Numbered from the stretch's first letter, positions 51,301-60,656 are shown. The stretch: DNA of 64,000 bases from Podarcis vaucheri (GCA_965113315.1 OZ220364.1); one strand, 5' to 3'. Numbers and translations are program-made. Notes: a model not told the origin generated them from the letters alone.

Positions 51301-54300
51301 ACTGGGATAACCACTTAACTCAGGATCTGAAACTGTCTTGAAACGTGGTTAAGTGTGAACACATTAGCTTTAACCACATGATCCTGTGACATGATCTCTG
51401 TGCTGATTCACAGAATTTACATACATTTTTTTTTTTTTTGCTTTCTCTTGTGGACTGTTTTAAGCAGATATTAGTTTAACATTTTGGACTTTATTCTTAA
51501 CAAGAAGAGCAAGAAATAAATATATTATCCAGTGATTCTGTGTTTCTGTTTTTAACTGTGGGGCATTCTGTCAGGAGTAAAGAGCTGTATTAATACCATT
51601 TTAACACAATCAATATTATAATTATTGGTACACCCTAGCTCAATAATGTTTGAAACAGGCACTGTACTGTGACAGTATTCCAAACAGTTCAAACAAATAC
51701 AACAATTACTGCATTGCATTATACGTGGGGCTGCCACTGAAGATGGTTTGGAAACTTCAGCTAGTGCAAAATTCAACAGCCAAGTTGCTCTCTTGGGTAA
51801 GACGGTTTAAGCTTATAAAACCAGTTCTGGCCTGATCGCACTGGCTGCCAATTAGTTTCCGGGGGCCCGATTCAAATAGCTGGTTTTGATCCCATAAAGC
51901 TTAAATGGCTCAGGCTTAGTTGAATCTATTCCAGCTTGATCACACAGCGCAAAATCCACATTACATGTGGATGTGTCCAAAGTGTACACACAATAAGGAG
52001 ATACATTGTTATGATTGTACCTGCATAACAAGTCTTATCTAACATCTCTTTGTACACTCACACTATTAACTTTTTTTAGAAATTTAAGCATACTCCTAAA
52101 ACACTAACATATGAAGATGTGTTAAGAAGAACCCAGCCTCTGAGCTACAGGACAAGGCTCCCACTGCAATACCTATAACTAAATTTAGAATTAGGCATGT
52201 ATTTTGATTGATAAGATAGTTTCCCTTTTTAATATTGATAGAGCAAATTTCTGGCAAACAAAAAAATTAGGAAAGGAGTGGCTCATGCTTGAAAGGGACT
52301 CTTTACCTGCACATCAAACCCAGACAGACAATGAGCTATGTATCCTTTCTAGAAAGAAACCTGGAAATGCTTTTGCTGATTATTTCTCACTGAGGTTCTC
52401 TTGGGAATCCTGATAATAAATAAATGACACTAACAGATTGCACACTGTCGCTCAGAAGCACTTCCCCGCCCCCAGGAGAATTGATTTTTAATAACAATGT
52501 AGATGACATGTGGCGAGGGTTGTTGCTGACACCAGAGTTTTGTAGACTATAATAAATCAAATCAATCTGGAGGCTTCCAAATGCACAGAACTCAGAAAGA
52601 GAGACACTCATTCATGCGTCATTTCACTTTTGCACAGATGTGGAAGAGCTCCCACCCTTTTTCTCACTCATATTTTTCTTAGAGCAAAAGCCTCTTCCCA
52701 CTCCTGTTTCTCTTAGAGCAAATGCCTGTTCCAAGATATGATGAAGCAAGTCTTCTAAGCAAGACAGTATCTGCATTTATAAAACTGGGCCTGAGTTTGT
52801 ATCATTTTTCTGCCATGTCCTGAAAAATATAGGTAATTTTGATTTGCTCATAACTTAACATTTGCACAATTGCATATAAAAAAGGTTATCATATGCTACT
52901 ATATCCTAGAATTGAGAACCTTGATATACAAATAATATACTAGTCAAGACTTCATAGCATTTCTCAAATGATGAGAAAAAGAGTCACTAGCTAATGTACA
53001 GAAATTCACTGTGTGTGAAGTTTGCCCTCAGCATAAAAGACTAACATACTGCCTCATCAGCATGCAGATTACTGGTTTCATCCTGCTGTACGCAATCTTC
53101 AACTGACCTGCAACTCACCCTTGTCTCCTTTCACATGTCCCCAACAATGCCTATGAATATCTCAGAGTGGCACATTGCCTGGTGTGCCAGAAAGAAGGAG
53201 AAAGGAAGCTTTTAGAAACATGTAGGAAGTGCATCCCATGTGCTTCTGGAAGTTTATGCTCCATTTATTACTTGGAAGTGATGAACCTCCTTGCAGAAAA
53301 TAAGAGCAGCTACTGCAAATATGAATGATCTATTTCCTATAGTCCCTTCTCTATTCCTAGAACAGGCACATACAGAACTGTACTGGAGCCAGCCAAGAAG
53401 GGAAAGAGAAACTTATAGGTTCAAAATCCTTGCACCTGATCCTAGACGGGACTTCTGGCAATGCTAGATATCAGCCTCTGCCATACCGCATAAGAACATG
53501 TATGTTTTAATACAGGGGTTGGGGACCTGTGGCTATTCAGATGTTGCCAGACCTCAGCTCTCATTATCCCTGAGCATTGGGCCAGTCTGCATTTCAAGCA
53601 TCTTTAAAATTAATAATCATCTTAAAGCTCAAAAGGATCTCGCTCTCTACACAAAAATCCAATATCCCCCTTGAACAGTGGTTACAGGTTATTTTATATC
53701 TCAGTGCAAGTACATTGAAACTAATTGTCTGGAAATGAGCGTGATGTGGTGACTCAAGTGAAAGCCATCTGCTCGTTAAAAATCTTGCTGTTACCTGCAG
53801 CCTCTTAAACTATAACCCAGCCACAGTGAACAAGCAATACTTACAACACCCTGAGAGACTTAAGCCCGTTGAACGCATGGACTGGGATACACTTCAGCTT
53901 ATTGTAGCTCAGGATCCTGGGATAATAAAAGAACACAGGTTGCATTACTTCGTCATTGATTCACTGAAGCAAAAGCAGAACAGAAATCAGAATTCATTAA
54001 CTTAGAAACATTAAATGCTTAGTTAATGCAACTGATCTCACACTGAACAGCAATTACAGTGTATGCCAGAACTACTAAGTACTTACAGTGTTGATAGCTG
54101 TGTCATATTACTGAAGGTGTAATTGGCCAGCATGCTGATGCTGTTGTTGCTTAAGTCACTGAAGAAAAATACACAAAATAAAGGTCATTGATGCAATGAA
54201 AATAAGTCTTTTCTTAAAGTTAGCTCAAAGTTCAAGTTGTTTCAAAGCAAATAAATCAACAAGGACCAATTATCTGAGAATGTAATGCTGTAAGAAAACC

Positions 54301-55406
54301 AAACCAAATACTGTAAAAAGTAGAAAATTTTATTATTGAAATTTCAAACAAAGTTACGCTGGCAACTCCTCCATGTGCCTGGTGCAGAGATTGCCAACTT
54401 TTTTTGACCAGTGAGAATGCTTTGAATTTAGAGCAAGTTGTATTGAGGTTGTAACGGGAAGTGTGGCATAACAAAAAAATAGAGACCCCTGAAATTTTTT
54501 TGTTTATCTTGGGAAGTCAGCCTACCATGGGGAGTTCTACTGGTCTTGAATGTGGAGATCATACAATATTGATTTTACATGCACTTACCAATACTTCTGC
54601 TGCCTAATAGCAACAGGGAGCATTCCTTAGCACCAGGGAAAATATACAAGGTAGCCACATAAGTTTCTAAGATGACTAGTGAAATATACTTGGAGTCGAG
54701 AGTGGATTTCACGCTCTTTATTCAGCTCATAGTGGTGAGGAGGAATGGAAGTCCCCCCAGAATGTCTGCCTTATATACATTATTTACACAATGGGCCCCA
54801 CGTGATTGGCTAATTCTGGGATTCTCCTGTAGGCCAATCAGGTTGCGGATTCACTTCCACCTGGAGCTGGATTGGGTGGCTCCTGTGGACCAATGAGACT
54901 ACGGCATTATGGATCCTATTGTTCTACAACCAATCAGACTGCTACATTTTGGATCCTATTCAACTCAGTACATAACACCTAGAGACTGACTTTATTTTTA
55001 AATGGAAGTCCAAAGCAACTGCCCAGGGGCACCAGTGAAAGCCATCATGGATGCATGGATGCTATACTGTTCACATGCATTTCTGCTGTGAACTGCCCTG
55101 AGATCTTCAGATCAAGGGCGGTATAGAAATTTAATAAATAATGTCTGGCAACTCTTGGTACCATAAGTCGTTATGGTAATATATTGCTGTACAGCAACAC
55201 ATAAGATGCCCCAACATGATAGAAAGGAACAGTGCTTTTTTATGGCACTACTCAACGGTACGCAGCACCAGCACCATTTTTTCCTAGGAAAAAAGCACTG
55301 GAAAGGAAGGGCTGGCTCCAAATTCTGAGATACTTACATTAGTGTCAAGTGTCTGAACAGGGAGAGTTCCTTTGGCACAGCAGGTAAATGGTTTCCTTCC
55401 AGATAT
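247..55406 (-). CDS. SLIT3: SLIT3 (slit guidance ligand 3), partial multi-exon CDS spanning the window (LRR domain 4 to start of laminin-G); gene continues beyond both window ends
   Basis: 12 exons with GT-AG boundaries and compatible phases, translated by hand. Peptides such as [39 protein letters not shown] and [16 protein letters not shown] match my recollection of SLIT3 rather than SLIT2, which has LPRTSP at the EGF5/6 linker. Confidence 0.95.
3412..3652 (-). CDS. SLIT3: SLIT3 exon, 241 bp, EGF5/6 linker, EGF6 and start of laminin-G
   Basis: aag acceptor, GTAAGT donor; overlaps ORF 3382..3624 ([20 protein letters not shown]...). Confidence 0.95.
11834..11971 (-). CDS. SLIT3: SLIT3 exon, 138 bp, EGF4/EGF5 ([45 protein letters not shown])
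   Basis: cag acceptor, GTAAGC donor; EGF pattern. Confidence 0.94.
14812..15710 (-). mobile_element. L2-clade LINE ORF2 (RT) fragment, frameshifted
   Basis: [13 protein letters not shown] and QYADDTQLY in one frame; SRLDYCNSL and [13 protein letters not shown] in another. Confidence 0.9.
17746..17807. repeat. Perfect 31-bp tandem duplication
   Basis: GATGCTGTTCTTCAGATGCATTCTGTCCGGA x2. Confidence 0.9.
18176..18269 (-). CDS. SLIT3: SLIT3 exon, 94 bp, EGF4 ([30 protein letters not shown])
   Basis: cag acceptor, GTAAGC donor; phases fit. Confidence 0.93.
22279..22461 (+). mobile_element. Tc1/mariner-type MITE
   Basis: TIR CAGTGGTACCTC / AGGTACCACTG flanked by TA. Confidence 0.85.
23291..23458 (-). 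mobile_element. Squamate SINE 3' portion (5'-truncated)
   Basis: GGATTTGATATCCCGCTTTATCACTACCC...AAGGTCACCCAGCAGCTGCATGTGGAG, recognised as a common lizard SINE-type repeat; family name not certain. Confidence 0.6.
25163..25302 (-). CDS. SLIT3: SLIT3 exon, 140 bp, EGF2/EGF3 ([46 protein letters not shown])
   Basis: aag acceptor, GTAAGC donor; calcium-binding EGF pattern. Confidence 0.94.
25397..25999 (+). mobile_element. Degraded solo-LTR-like repeat (related copy ends at 22267)
   Basis: Its 3' ~170 bp (TGTGTAAATAA...CAGAGATTG...TGTAACA) resembles 22100-22267; TATA and AATAAA present; left end and TSD uncertain. Confidence 0.45.
27896..28131 (-). mobile_element. Tc1/mariner-type MITE, same family, inverted
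   Basis: Same TIRs, TA flanks. Confidence 0.85.
28740..28975 (+). mobile_element. Degraded L2-type LINE 3' fragment
   Basis: [13 protein letters not shown] motif in ORF 28702..28911; AATA-rich tail. Confidence 0.55.
29275..29410. mobile_element. Palindromic hAT-type MITE
   Basis: TIR CAGGCATGGCCAAACTTGG / CCAAGTTTGCCCATGCCTG; perfect 8-bp TSD AATTAAGA; degraded relatives near 44495-44635 and 59613-59752. Confidence 0.85.
29445..29685 (+). mobile_element. Tc1/mariner-type MITE, same family
   Basis: Same TIRs and internal sequence, TA flanks. Confidence 0.85.
31890..32113 (-). mobile_element. L2-type LINE 3' fragment
   Basis: [14 protein letters not shown]...[11 protein letters not shown]-terminal motif; related plus-strand copy near 49430-49830. 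Confidence 0.7.
32683..33084 (-). repeat. Ngaro split direct repeat B2 (element 3' end)
   Basis: Copy of B1; AATAAA on the minus strand at 32771-32776 followed by GT/T-rich sequence. Confidence 0.95.
32771..32776 (-). terminator. Putative poly(A) signal in B2 (twin in B1 at 33553-33558)
   Basis: AATAAA with downstream GTGTCTCGTGTGTTTATTT on the minus strand. Confidence 0.6.
33248..33467 (-). repeat. Ngaro split direct repeat A2
   Basis: Identical copy of A1; shares TTG (33465-33467) with B1. Confidence 0.95.
33465..33866 (-). repeat. Ngaro split direct repeat B1 (402 bp)
   Basis: Matches 32683-33084 (offset 782); the two 82-aa ORF-track translations inside are identical. Confidence 0.95.
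33894..34463 (-). CDS. Ngaro ORF4, SGNH/GDSL-family hydrolase (esterase-like), 189 aa from first ATG
   Basis: Block I WIIGHSIV, block [10 protein letters not shown], block V DGVH; intact frame. Confidence 0.88.
   Translation of the reverse strand: MGARVWIIGHSIVHWARVRAINSGLGPCLGFPPHITISWVSRRGMRWAEMLPAVMTRAAVEGPPDALLIQLGENDLAYRKAIDLQWHIFSDFEELKAAYPNVTIIWASLMERRVWRDCRCPIAINRARKALDRAVVRRVAALGGLVISHPGIRFNIEALYRYDGVHLSDAGNDVWLMDIAKGIREWIQA
34508..35386 (-). CDS. Ngaro ORF3, tyrosine recombinase (lambda integrase family), 292 aa from first ATG
   Basis: Catalytic set R (GALRVGE), K (SKTD), HxxR (AHSFRIG), W (GRWKS), Y (AYKRY); ATG in good Kozak context 11 nt after the ORF2 stop. Confidence 0.93.
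   Translation of the reverse strand: MASLAPSTLRSYKKAWSDFLNFRRKTRAIKSNAPPVKPEVLSYLVYLRRLGRAPRTLNLQAAAISFFCKAVFSTDPCDDFVIRRTLEGWRRLQPPNCDTRRPISFDILSQIHKKLRAVCWSKYEARLFSAAYSIAFFGALRVGEVVYEAGWHGSSRGLLLSDVTLSREDLVIRIRSSKTDQYGRGALVQLMPTGRPGPCPVKDTRRFLSLRVTSAGPLLIHADGLPLTRHQFTRVMRLAIAACGIPAADFAAHSFRIGAATTAMHLGLTTERIRDLGRWKSNAYKRYLRKNL
35398..37110 (-). CDS. Ngaro ORF2, reverse transcriptase + RNase H
   Basis: RT motifs [23 protein letters not shown]; RNase H motifs [23 protein letters not shown]; no stop codons. Confidence 0.95.
   Translation of the reverse strand: MGEAPITRDREVATERHSDPRVADSNFSLGLAWSPIKLTPLKNLLDLYPNRTAAQYLWEGFSTGFRIPVAFPPNSGDPPNQKSVREMPEVAQKKISKEIKAGRVAGPFLAPPIEGLHISPLGIVPKKAPGEYRMIHNLSYPKGGSVNDAIPQELCTVRYATFDQAVQLIRKFGKGALLAKCDIESAFRLLPVHPEDFRWLGFKFEGAYFVDKAMPMGCSVACAAFEAFSTFLDWALRFRTGAKGVSHYLDDFILVANSSLKCSELLEAFISLAGELGVPLAADKTEGPATTMVYLGIELDTVAQTSKLPREKLIALGDLIRQLLPLRKVTLRQIQSLLGHLNFACRVVSPGRPFCGRLAKLSAGLRSPHHRVRLSKEVKSDLEVWLRFLQNYNGISLWQDNLSLQVDFQVHSDASGSLGFGVYFRGQWCAQRWPADWQGGPITRDLTFLEFFPIVVAVHLWPETFSNHRVCFHTDNQAVVAVLSRQVARSPRVGVLLRSFVLRCLELNIHFSAKFVPGVNNDIADALSRFQMDRFRSLAPDAELLPQPFPEHLWSLGDQRHGDQRPGSQK
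37034..38623 (-). CDS. Ngaro ORF1, Gag-like protein (529 aa from first ATG) with basic/acidic low-complexity region and C-terminal Cys/His zinc-finger region
   Basis: Uninterrupted ORF; ATG at 38623; [32 protein letters not shown]; [15 protein letters not shown] basic tract; position upstream of RT. Confidence 0.85.
   Translation of the reverse strand: MSGQGNQVNSTAAGGPQGNQEEPQPFVIPSNPQALADFFTAFQDFYRHRSSGQGAATPAAQVTAAPGLAPGAPSTAAPVVAVSAMEAPRAFTQDFIPDTQPNEVQLPGTSAAAVAALKAAKESTPRPKRNTRAQPTGPAKAKGAPRGGRKGKTCVHCPGATNPQKDPGVPSLFQNPPLQTASAEGASSSSSDEEAQGAQAAQPVAVPDQAIPVSHSGKRKEKRKHTSKKKKKCRHSDSEDDSGTSSSSDSDSDAPREEYWGHGEDVVGLPLWVNERRANSYRKSFNGTLEWKDGALVQDVKTSTNLSTDFIVGSHLSPRKRNKILNGEFIDVFRLIPPAKLTGKGEKKRKYGNRRYRTPRPERTFDNWLDGFQVFMGVVSAAYPKRAMHLIAYLAHVRRARDLAGDIAALNYDEDFRRNASLLSSTRWDLRDQNYWSDHVGPFVEKKPQESSRPWKTAAKQRRLCWEYNKGVCARAVCKYSHECEKCLGNHPATACIKGRQPFRGGRGAHNQGPRGGHGAPFGPQGGRQ
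40562..40781 (-). repeat. Ngaro split direct repeat A1 (220 bp, element 5' end)
   Basis: Identical by eye to 33248-33467 (offset 7314). Confidence 0.95.
40590..40781 (-). promoter_or_regulatory. Putative Pol II promoter in repeat A (ETS, E-box, CCAAT, GC box, TATA-like)
   Basis: CCGGAAGT 40767-40774, CACGTG 40719-40724, CCAAT 40649-40653 (minus), GGGGCGTGGC ~40626-40636, TATTTA 40614-40619, in canonical order on the minus strand. Confidence 0.6.
41192..41280 (-). CDS. SLIT3: SLIT3 exon, 89 bp, EGF2 ([29 protein letters not shown])
   Basis: tag acceptor, GTAACT donor; EGF cysteine spacing; phase 0 to 2 fits both neighbours. Confidence 0.92.
41728..42043 (+). mobile_element. hAT-type non-autonomous element with internal tandem duplications
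   Basis: TIRs CATGGGTAGGCAAACT / AGTTTGCTGACCCCTG; perfect 8-bp TSD GTTTATAC. Confidence 0.85.
42696..42928 (+). mobile_element. Tc1/mariner-type MITE, same family, left TIR tip missing
   Basis: Internal identity to the other copies; right TIR plus TA. Confidence 0.8.
45639..45763 (-). CDS. SLIT3: SLIT3 exon, 125 bp, EGF1 ([41 protein letters not shown])
   Basis: tag acceptor, GTATGA donor; overlaps ORF 45633..45836. Confidence 0.95.
47464..47533 (+). mobile_element. CR1 LINE extreme 3' end
   Basis: GGTTGGACTCGATGGCCCTTGTGGTCTCTTCCAAC followed by (ATTCTATG)n, the typical CR1 tail. Confidence 0.8.
47561..47724 (-). CDS. SLIT3: SLIT3 exon, 164 bp, LRR-CT of domain 4 ([32 protein letters not shown]...HFQCK)
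   Basis: tag acceptor, GTAGGT donor; overlaps ORF 47520..47705. Confidence 0.95.
49426..49830 (+). mobile_element. Degraded L2-type LINE 3' fragment
   Basis: Similar to 31890-32113 (AGACATCTGAAGGCAGCCCTGTATAG); A-rich tail. Confidence 0.6.
50603..50674 (-). CDS. SLIT3: SLIT3 exon, 72 bp, LRR ([23 protein letters not shown])
   Basis: tag acceptor, GTAAGT donor; LRR consensus. Confidence 0.94.
51700..51915 (+). mobile_element. Degraded L2-type LINE fragment
   Basis: [25 protein letters not shown] motif. Confidence 0.65.
53845..53916 (-). CDS. SLIT3: SLIT3 exon, 72 bp, LRR ([23 protein letters not shown])
   Basis: cag acceptor, GTAAGT donor; LRR consensus. Confidence 0.94.
54087..54158 (-). 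CDS. SLIT3: SLIT3 exon, 72 bp, LRR ([23 protein letters not shown])
   Basis: cag acceptor, GTAAGT donor; 72-bp one-LRR exon. Confidence 0.94.
54680..54977 (-). mobile_element. Solo LTR, 298 bp
   Basis: TG...CA ends; flanks ACTAG/CCTAG (4/5 TSD match); internal CCAAT-containing tandem repeats; TATA and AATAAA on the minus strand. Confidence 0.65.
55338..55406 (-). CDS. SLIT3: SLIT3 exon, 69 bp, LRR ([22 protein letters not shown])
   Basis: cag acceptor at 55407-55409, GTAAGT donor; LRR consensus. Confidence 0.93.
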
Positions 55407-56242
55407 CTGAAAGCAATATATATTGAAAATGGTTATAGGCTACATCTGTGAATGTCCAACCAGAAACCATCATAATTGTGAGTTTGTGTTAAATACTTTA
55501 AGCAGGTTTAATTGTAAATGATGGTTGTAAATTCCCAACTACACCAAAATTTGTTTCCAGCCAGTTCAATAGGGTCAGAATGTGTATACTGATACAAATA
55601 TGCATCCAGTTGCACGATTTCAACCACTGCTTATCCAAAAGCGTATTTCTGCATAGTGATAGCCATCATCAAATCAGATGTCTCTGTCAGTGTATGTGAA
55701 AGCAAAGCCAAAATTCTATTGTTAGATTGCAGTGATTGGGGCGGGGGGCTTGTATCTGTATAAGACCATTTGGGTTCTTTTAAAACTTCTTCTTCCAGGG
55801 TCTTTCTGGAACATGTCAAGTTAAATCAGTTTTGTACTACCTCTGCCAAACACACATTATTTGTTTTGACAGCATCAATTTGCAGTTTGTGTCCTATGGA
55901 CCCCTTCAAAATCCTGGCTGGTAATAAAGATATAATGTGACATCAAAATTAGTCTAGTTTAACATAAAAATTAGTTTTTTTTAAAGCAATGTAAAAATAA
56001 AAGCTATTGGGATGCACCAGACTCCACAACATTAACTTTATTTTTTAGAACATAAAAGCACATAAAGAGAGCAGTGCCAGTATATGTTTTGTTAGGGGAA
56101 ACAAACTTGTGACATGTAATTTGGGGAAAGATACAACCCAAAAATTAGGCAATTCTTACTGGGCTACCAGAAAGCCCAGGAGAAAAGGAGAAATCTAAAA
56201 TGCCTAGGTTTAAAGCTGAGATTATAGTAAGTAATGGAAGTA

Positions 56243-56460
56243 CAGTGGTACCTCCGTTTGTGCACAGGATCCATTTCGGAGCTCCGGTCAGATCCCGAGG
56301 TGTGTGTATCCGGAGGTGCTGCTTCTGTGCATGTGCGTGGCACGTAGAGCACTTCTGCACATGTGAGCACAGCAAAGCCCGGAAAAATACTTCCGGGTTA
56401 GCCGCGTACGTATCCCGAAGGGTACATAACCTGAGGTGAACCTAAGTAGAGGTACCACTG
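56243..56460. mobile_element. Tc1/mariner-type MITE, related TIRs but different interior
   Basis: CAGTGGTACCTC...GAGGTACCACTG, TA flanks. Confidence 0.8.
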
Positions 56461-58507
56461 TAGTTCCTTGTAACCCAATCCTCTAATGCAGTAGCCTCAA
56501 ATCTTTGCTACCACGGACCACCTGAAATTTGCTGAGGGTCTTGGAAGACCAAATTATTTTTCTGTCTAGTGTAGCAATTGTGATTCTATAGAATTTAAAT
56601 CGTAATACAATAAAATACAATATAAGAAATAAAAGAAGCAATAAATACCGTACATATTTTAAAATCAGCACTAATTTCCAATGCAATGGAAAGCCATAGA
56701 CATGTCACAGACATTGAATGAAGCTTGTGGGTGACTGGTGGTCAATGGACCACAGTTTGGGAATCCCTATTCTAATAGGCAGTGGTGGAGTTAGTTACAC
56801 AGAAACCCAACCAGTTTATATGTGTTAAAATTCGCAGTTTGCTAGGTGTTTTTTTGTTTTTTTTGCCCTCGTTTAGTTTGTAAAAGGATTTGAAAGTAAA
56901 GTAAAAGAGTGCATCTCTAAAAGAAAGGGTACTAGGAGTAATACTGGAGTAAGTAAATACTGGAGTAAGTAAATATTAGATGTACTGATGGAGTGGCTTG
57001 CTTGAATATCCCTTTTCTTCTTTCGTAAATCAGTGAGCTTACAGGAAAATACTACTGTTTGCTTTTTTAAAAAAGAAAATTAGTGAATACAAAAATAATC
57101 TTTTCCAGAAACCTGAAATAAACTCATTTACCTCTTCTAGAGAGCACATTAACAAAGAAGGGGGAGGATCGCTTATGTCCTTGCTATAAGGTTGTGCTTA
57201 ATTAAAGCTACTAAAAAGAACTCCAAATGCAAATTGACCTCATTAGAATTATTTCTGCCCTCTGACTGCAAACTGCTCATGCAGGCAATATTTCAATAAC
57301 ACATCAGAAGCTGACTCAGTCTAGCTGTGTTAATCCATACAACCATTTACTTTAACTGCTTAGTAAAACTGTAAAATGAATACACAATGACTGATAATAA
57401 CTGAGGCAGCAATATTTAAGATTTAAATGCAAAGTCAGATATTATTAAATCTGTATTTAAATTTTACAAAATAAATTATTGTAAATCGGTGCCTCGAAAA
57501 CATAAGTAGGAACAGGCAATTACATTTTTCATGTGATTATACACATGATCTGGCAGTGCCAAATTTTTACCCTCCAACACATTTAAGGGAATTTTATGTT
57601 TTTGAAGGGTGTAAGAATGATGCCCCAAGCCTTTTCGCTTTGCTCTTTTCAAGCTTGTTCATAGCTGATCTACTGCACCTTCAGCAGCACTTTAAAATTT
57701 TAATAGGGTTTCTTTTCCCTTCATGACCACAGCAAATTAGGACCATTCAATGAGTAACGATGTCTCAGAGCCAATCAGATACGGCTATGTGTTGGCATCA
57801 CTGAGGGCATTGCCTTACTCTGAAGCTATGATATAGCTCTTAGTTATGCCAGAATGCACACTGGAAAGTGCATTAAATCATGTTTCCCATTGAGAGCAGT
57901 ATAATGCAGATCTGCAGTCAGGTGTGCATTCCAACAGTTCCTAATTTGCCACATGGCACTGAGAAGGTTTCATTGCCAAAGTGCAGCACAGAAAAACAGG
58001 GAGCACTGGTTTAGTTGCCAAGGCAAAGGGGACTTGTCCTCTTTTTACCAGCTGAAAATGTCTTTCTGAGTGCCCTTAAAATGTAATTGCAAATTAGAGA
58101 GGTGCTTTTTTGAGAAGAACAAAAATGAAACTCTTTCCTGACCCAGTTCAGCTCACCTTTAGATTGTACAGTATATTGCCTAAATAATAATTTATCTTGC
58201 TTACTGTGACATGCAAAGTGAGCCGCTGAAATTTACACGCATTTGGGTAAAAGTTGCAATTTCATCAATCTAAATTAATTTGTTATTTTTGAAATAATTG
58301 CATACAGCAAGTGCACAGCAATCTCAGGAGAAACAAGGATTCCGGTGCCAATTTTCATCATGGTTGCTTATTGTGAAGCCAATTTTCTGAAACCTGTGAG
58401 AATTTCATTACTCTATGCATTGCTTCATAGAGCTGACCATTTGATATTGCTGTTTGGGATTTGAAATGCAGCTTACATATTTTAATGCAGTGACCATTAA
58501 AGTAGAT

Positions 58508-58761
58508 CAGGGGTAGGCAACCAAAGGCCTGGGGGCCGGATGCGGCCCAACCGCCTTCTCAATCTGGCCCACGGATGGTCCGGGAATCAGCGTGTTTTTA
58601 CATGAGTAGAATGTGTCATTTTATTTAAAATGCATCTCTGGGTTATTTGTGGGGCATAGAAATTCGTTCGTTCCCCCCTCCCCCCAAAAATATAGTTTGG
58701 CCCCCACAAGGTCTGAGGGACAGTGGACTGGCCCACGGTTGAAAAAGGTTGCTCACCCCTG
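58508..58761 (+). mobile_element. hAT-type non-autonomous element, same family as 41728-42043
   Basis: CAGGGGTAGGCAAC...GTTGCTCACCCCTG; TSD AAGTAGAT/AAATAGAT (7/8). Confidence 0.82.
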
Positions 58762-59362
58762 AAATAGATAATCATTTGAAAGAATAATGAAAACACCACA
58801 ATGAAAAAGTTTTTCAACCACAGTGTGCTATGTGAGGTGCAGTTTTATTTTAATGGAAACCAGTACAGGGCCATGCAAGCTTTCTGTTGAATTGTTTGGT
58901 TGCCATTGATGTTAAAGGGGAAATTCTTTCTATTTCAAATTAACAGGTAGTATATAAATAGCAGCTATTATCCAGACAGTACAGGTCTCTAAATCTACAA
59001 ACTGATTTCTCTAGCATCCATTCAGCTTCACACTTATGATTTTCATCAGCAGTAATGACAGAATACTGCAGCATCAGTCAGCACTCAGTTTATAGTAATG
59101 ATGTAAGCTGCTCAGTTTTCTCTTCTGAATGTGCCAGACCTAACTATATGGATGCAAAAAGGATTCAAAAGAAATGCAGTGGCAAAAAGAGAGAGTTATT
59201 CTTCATTACTGTGAACTGCAGCAAAACAGAGTCCCGCCCCCACCCTTTGTTAAAGCACATTCCTGCATCCCTAGTAGCATATGCATTTGGTTGTTGAGAA
59301 AACTATGAAAACAAAAGAACAAATCATGGTTTTCCCCACAACAGGCAGACAAGCAAAGCAGC

Positions 59363-59363
<1 letters not shown>

Positions 59364-59406
<43 letters not shown>
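59364..59406. repeat. (ATT)14 microsatellite
   Basis: Perfect trinucleotide run. Confidence 0.95.
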
Positions 59407-59407
<1 letters not shown>

Positions 59408-60430
59408 AAACACTGCTGAAGCAAACTGCCTGAATTCTGTATTCTGTATCAGGCATTGGTGAAGCATCCTATAAGATTACATGGGGTCCATCCCATATAA
59501 CACAGTATATTGTACAGTCATGGAAAAGTAATCATGTCTACAGTGTCTACAGTCTTTCCCAGAACAATAGTTAATATGGTGATTACAGACTTAGCTTAGA
59601 CTACTGCTTTGGACAGGGGTAGGGGATCTATTGCCCTCCAGATCTTGTTGGACTACAATTCCATCATTCCTGACTGTTGGCCATGCCAACTGGGGGCTGA
59701 TGGGAGTTGGAGTCCAGTAATGTATTGAAGGCCCACAGCTTTCCCACCTCTGTGAGGGACAAAAAAAGTCAACCCCGGTACATAAAATTACAAAGTGGGA
59801 AAAGAGAATTTTTTTACTCTTTTCATAATACCAGAACTTTGAGTCTTAGCAACAACAACAACAAAAACCCAGAAAGCATTTCATAACACAATAAATACAT
59901 GACGTATGGGATTTAACTATCATAAGAAATGATGATGGCTGCTAGAGTATATTTTTTTTAAGAGTTAGATGTATTTTTAGAGCTGCTATCAGCCAGGATA
60001 TCTAATAGCAAGATCCATGCTCAGAATAATATATTATGAATACTAAATACTGGGGATAAACAATGTGGCTTTATGCCCCGTAAGCTCCCTAGATGCTTCT
60101 GGATAGCCACTGCATGAAATAATATGCTAGACTAGATGGGTTTGATCCATTCTGTTGTTCAGATTGGGTTCAGGGAAACATGCTAAGTGTGAAAAAGAGA
60201 GTAGCTAAGAGATGAAGGTAAAGAGATGTGTAATTAGGCAGCAGTGAAATAAAGGAGAGTAACTGAGAGATGTGGCGAAGTGAGAGAACTGGAGATAAAA
60301 AAGTGCACTATGGGATGTCTACTATGAAGTGTTATTAATAAAATGGTGATATTAATAGAAATTGCTTGGCAGACAAATGCAAAAAAGTGATTCCAATATG
60401 ACTTTGACTCATGTACCTAACCAACCAATA

Positions 60431-60656
60431 CAGTGGTACCTCGGGTTAAGTACTTAATTCGTTCCGGAGGTCCGTTCTTAACCTGAAACTGTTCTTAACC
60501 TGAAGCACCACTTTAGCTAATGGGGCCTCCCACTGCCGCGGCAGCACCGGAGCACGATTTCTGTTCTCATCCTGAAGCAAAGTTCTTAACCCGAGGTAAT
60601 ATTTCTGTGTTAGCGGAGTCTGTACCCTGAAGCGTATATAACCCGAGGTACCACTG
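60431..60656 (+). mobile_element. Tc1/mariner-type MITE, same family
   Basis: TIRs CAGTGGTACCTCGGGTTA / TAACCCGAGGTACCACTG, TA flanks. Confidence 0.88.
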
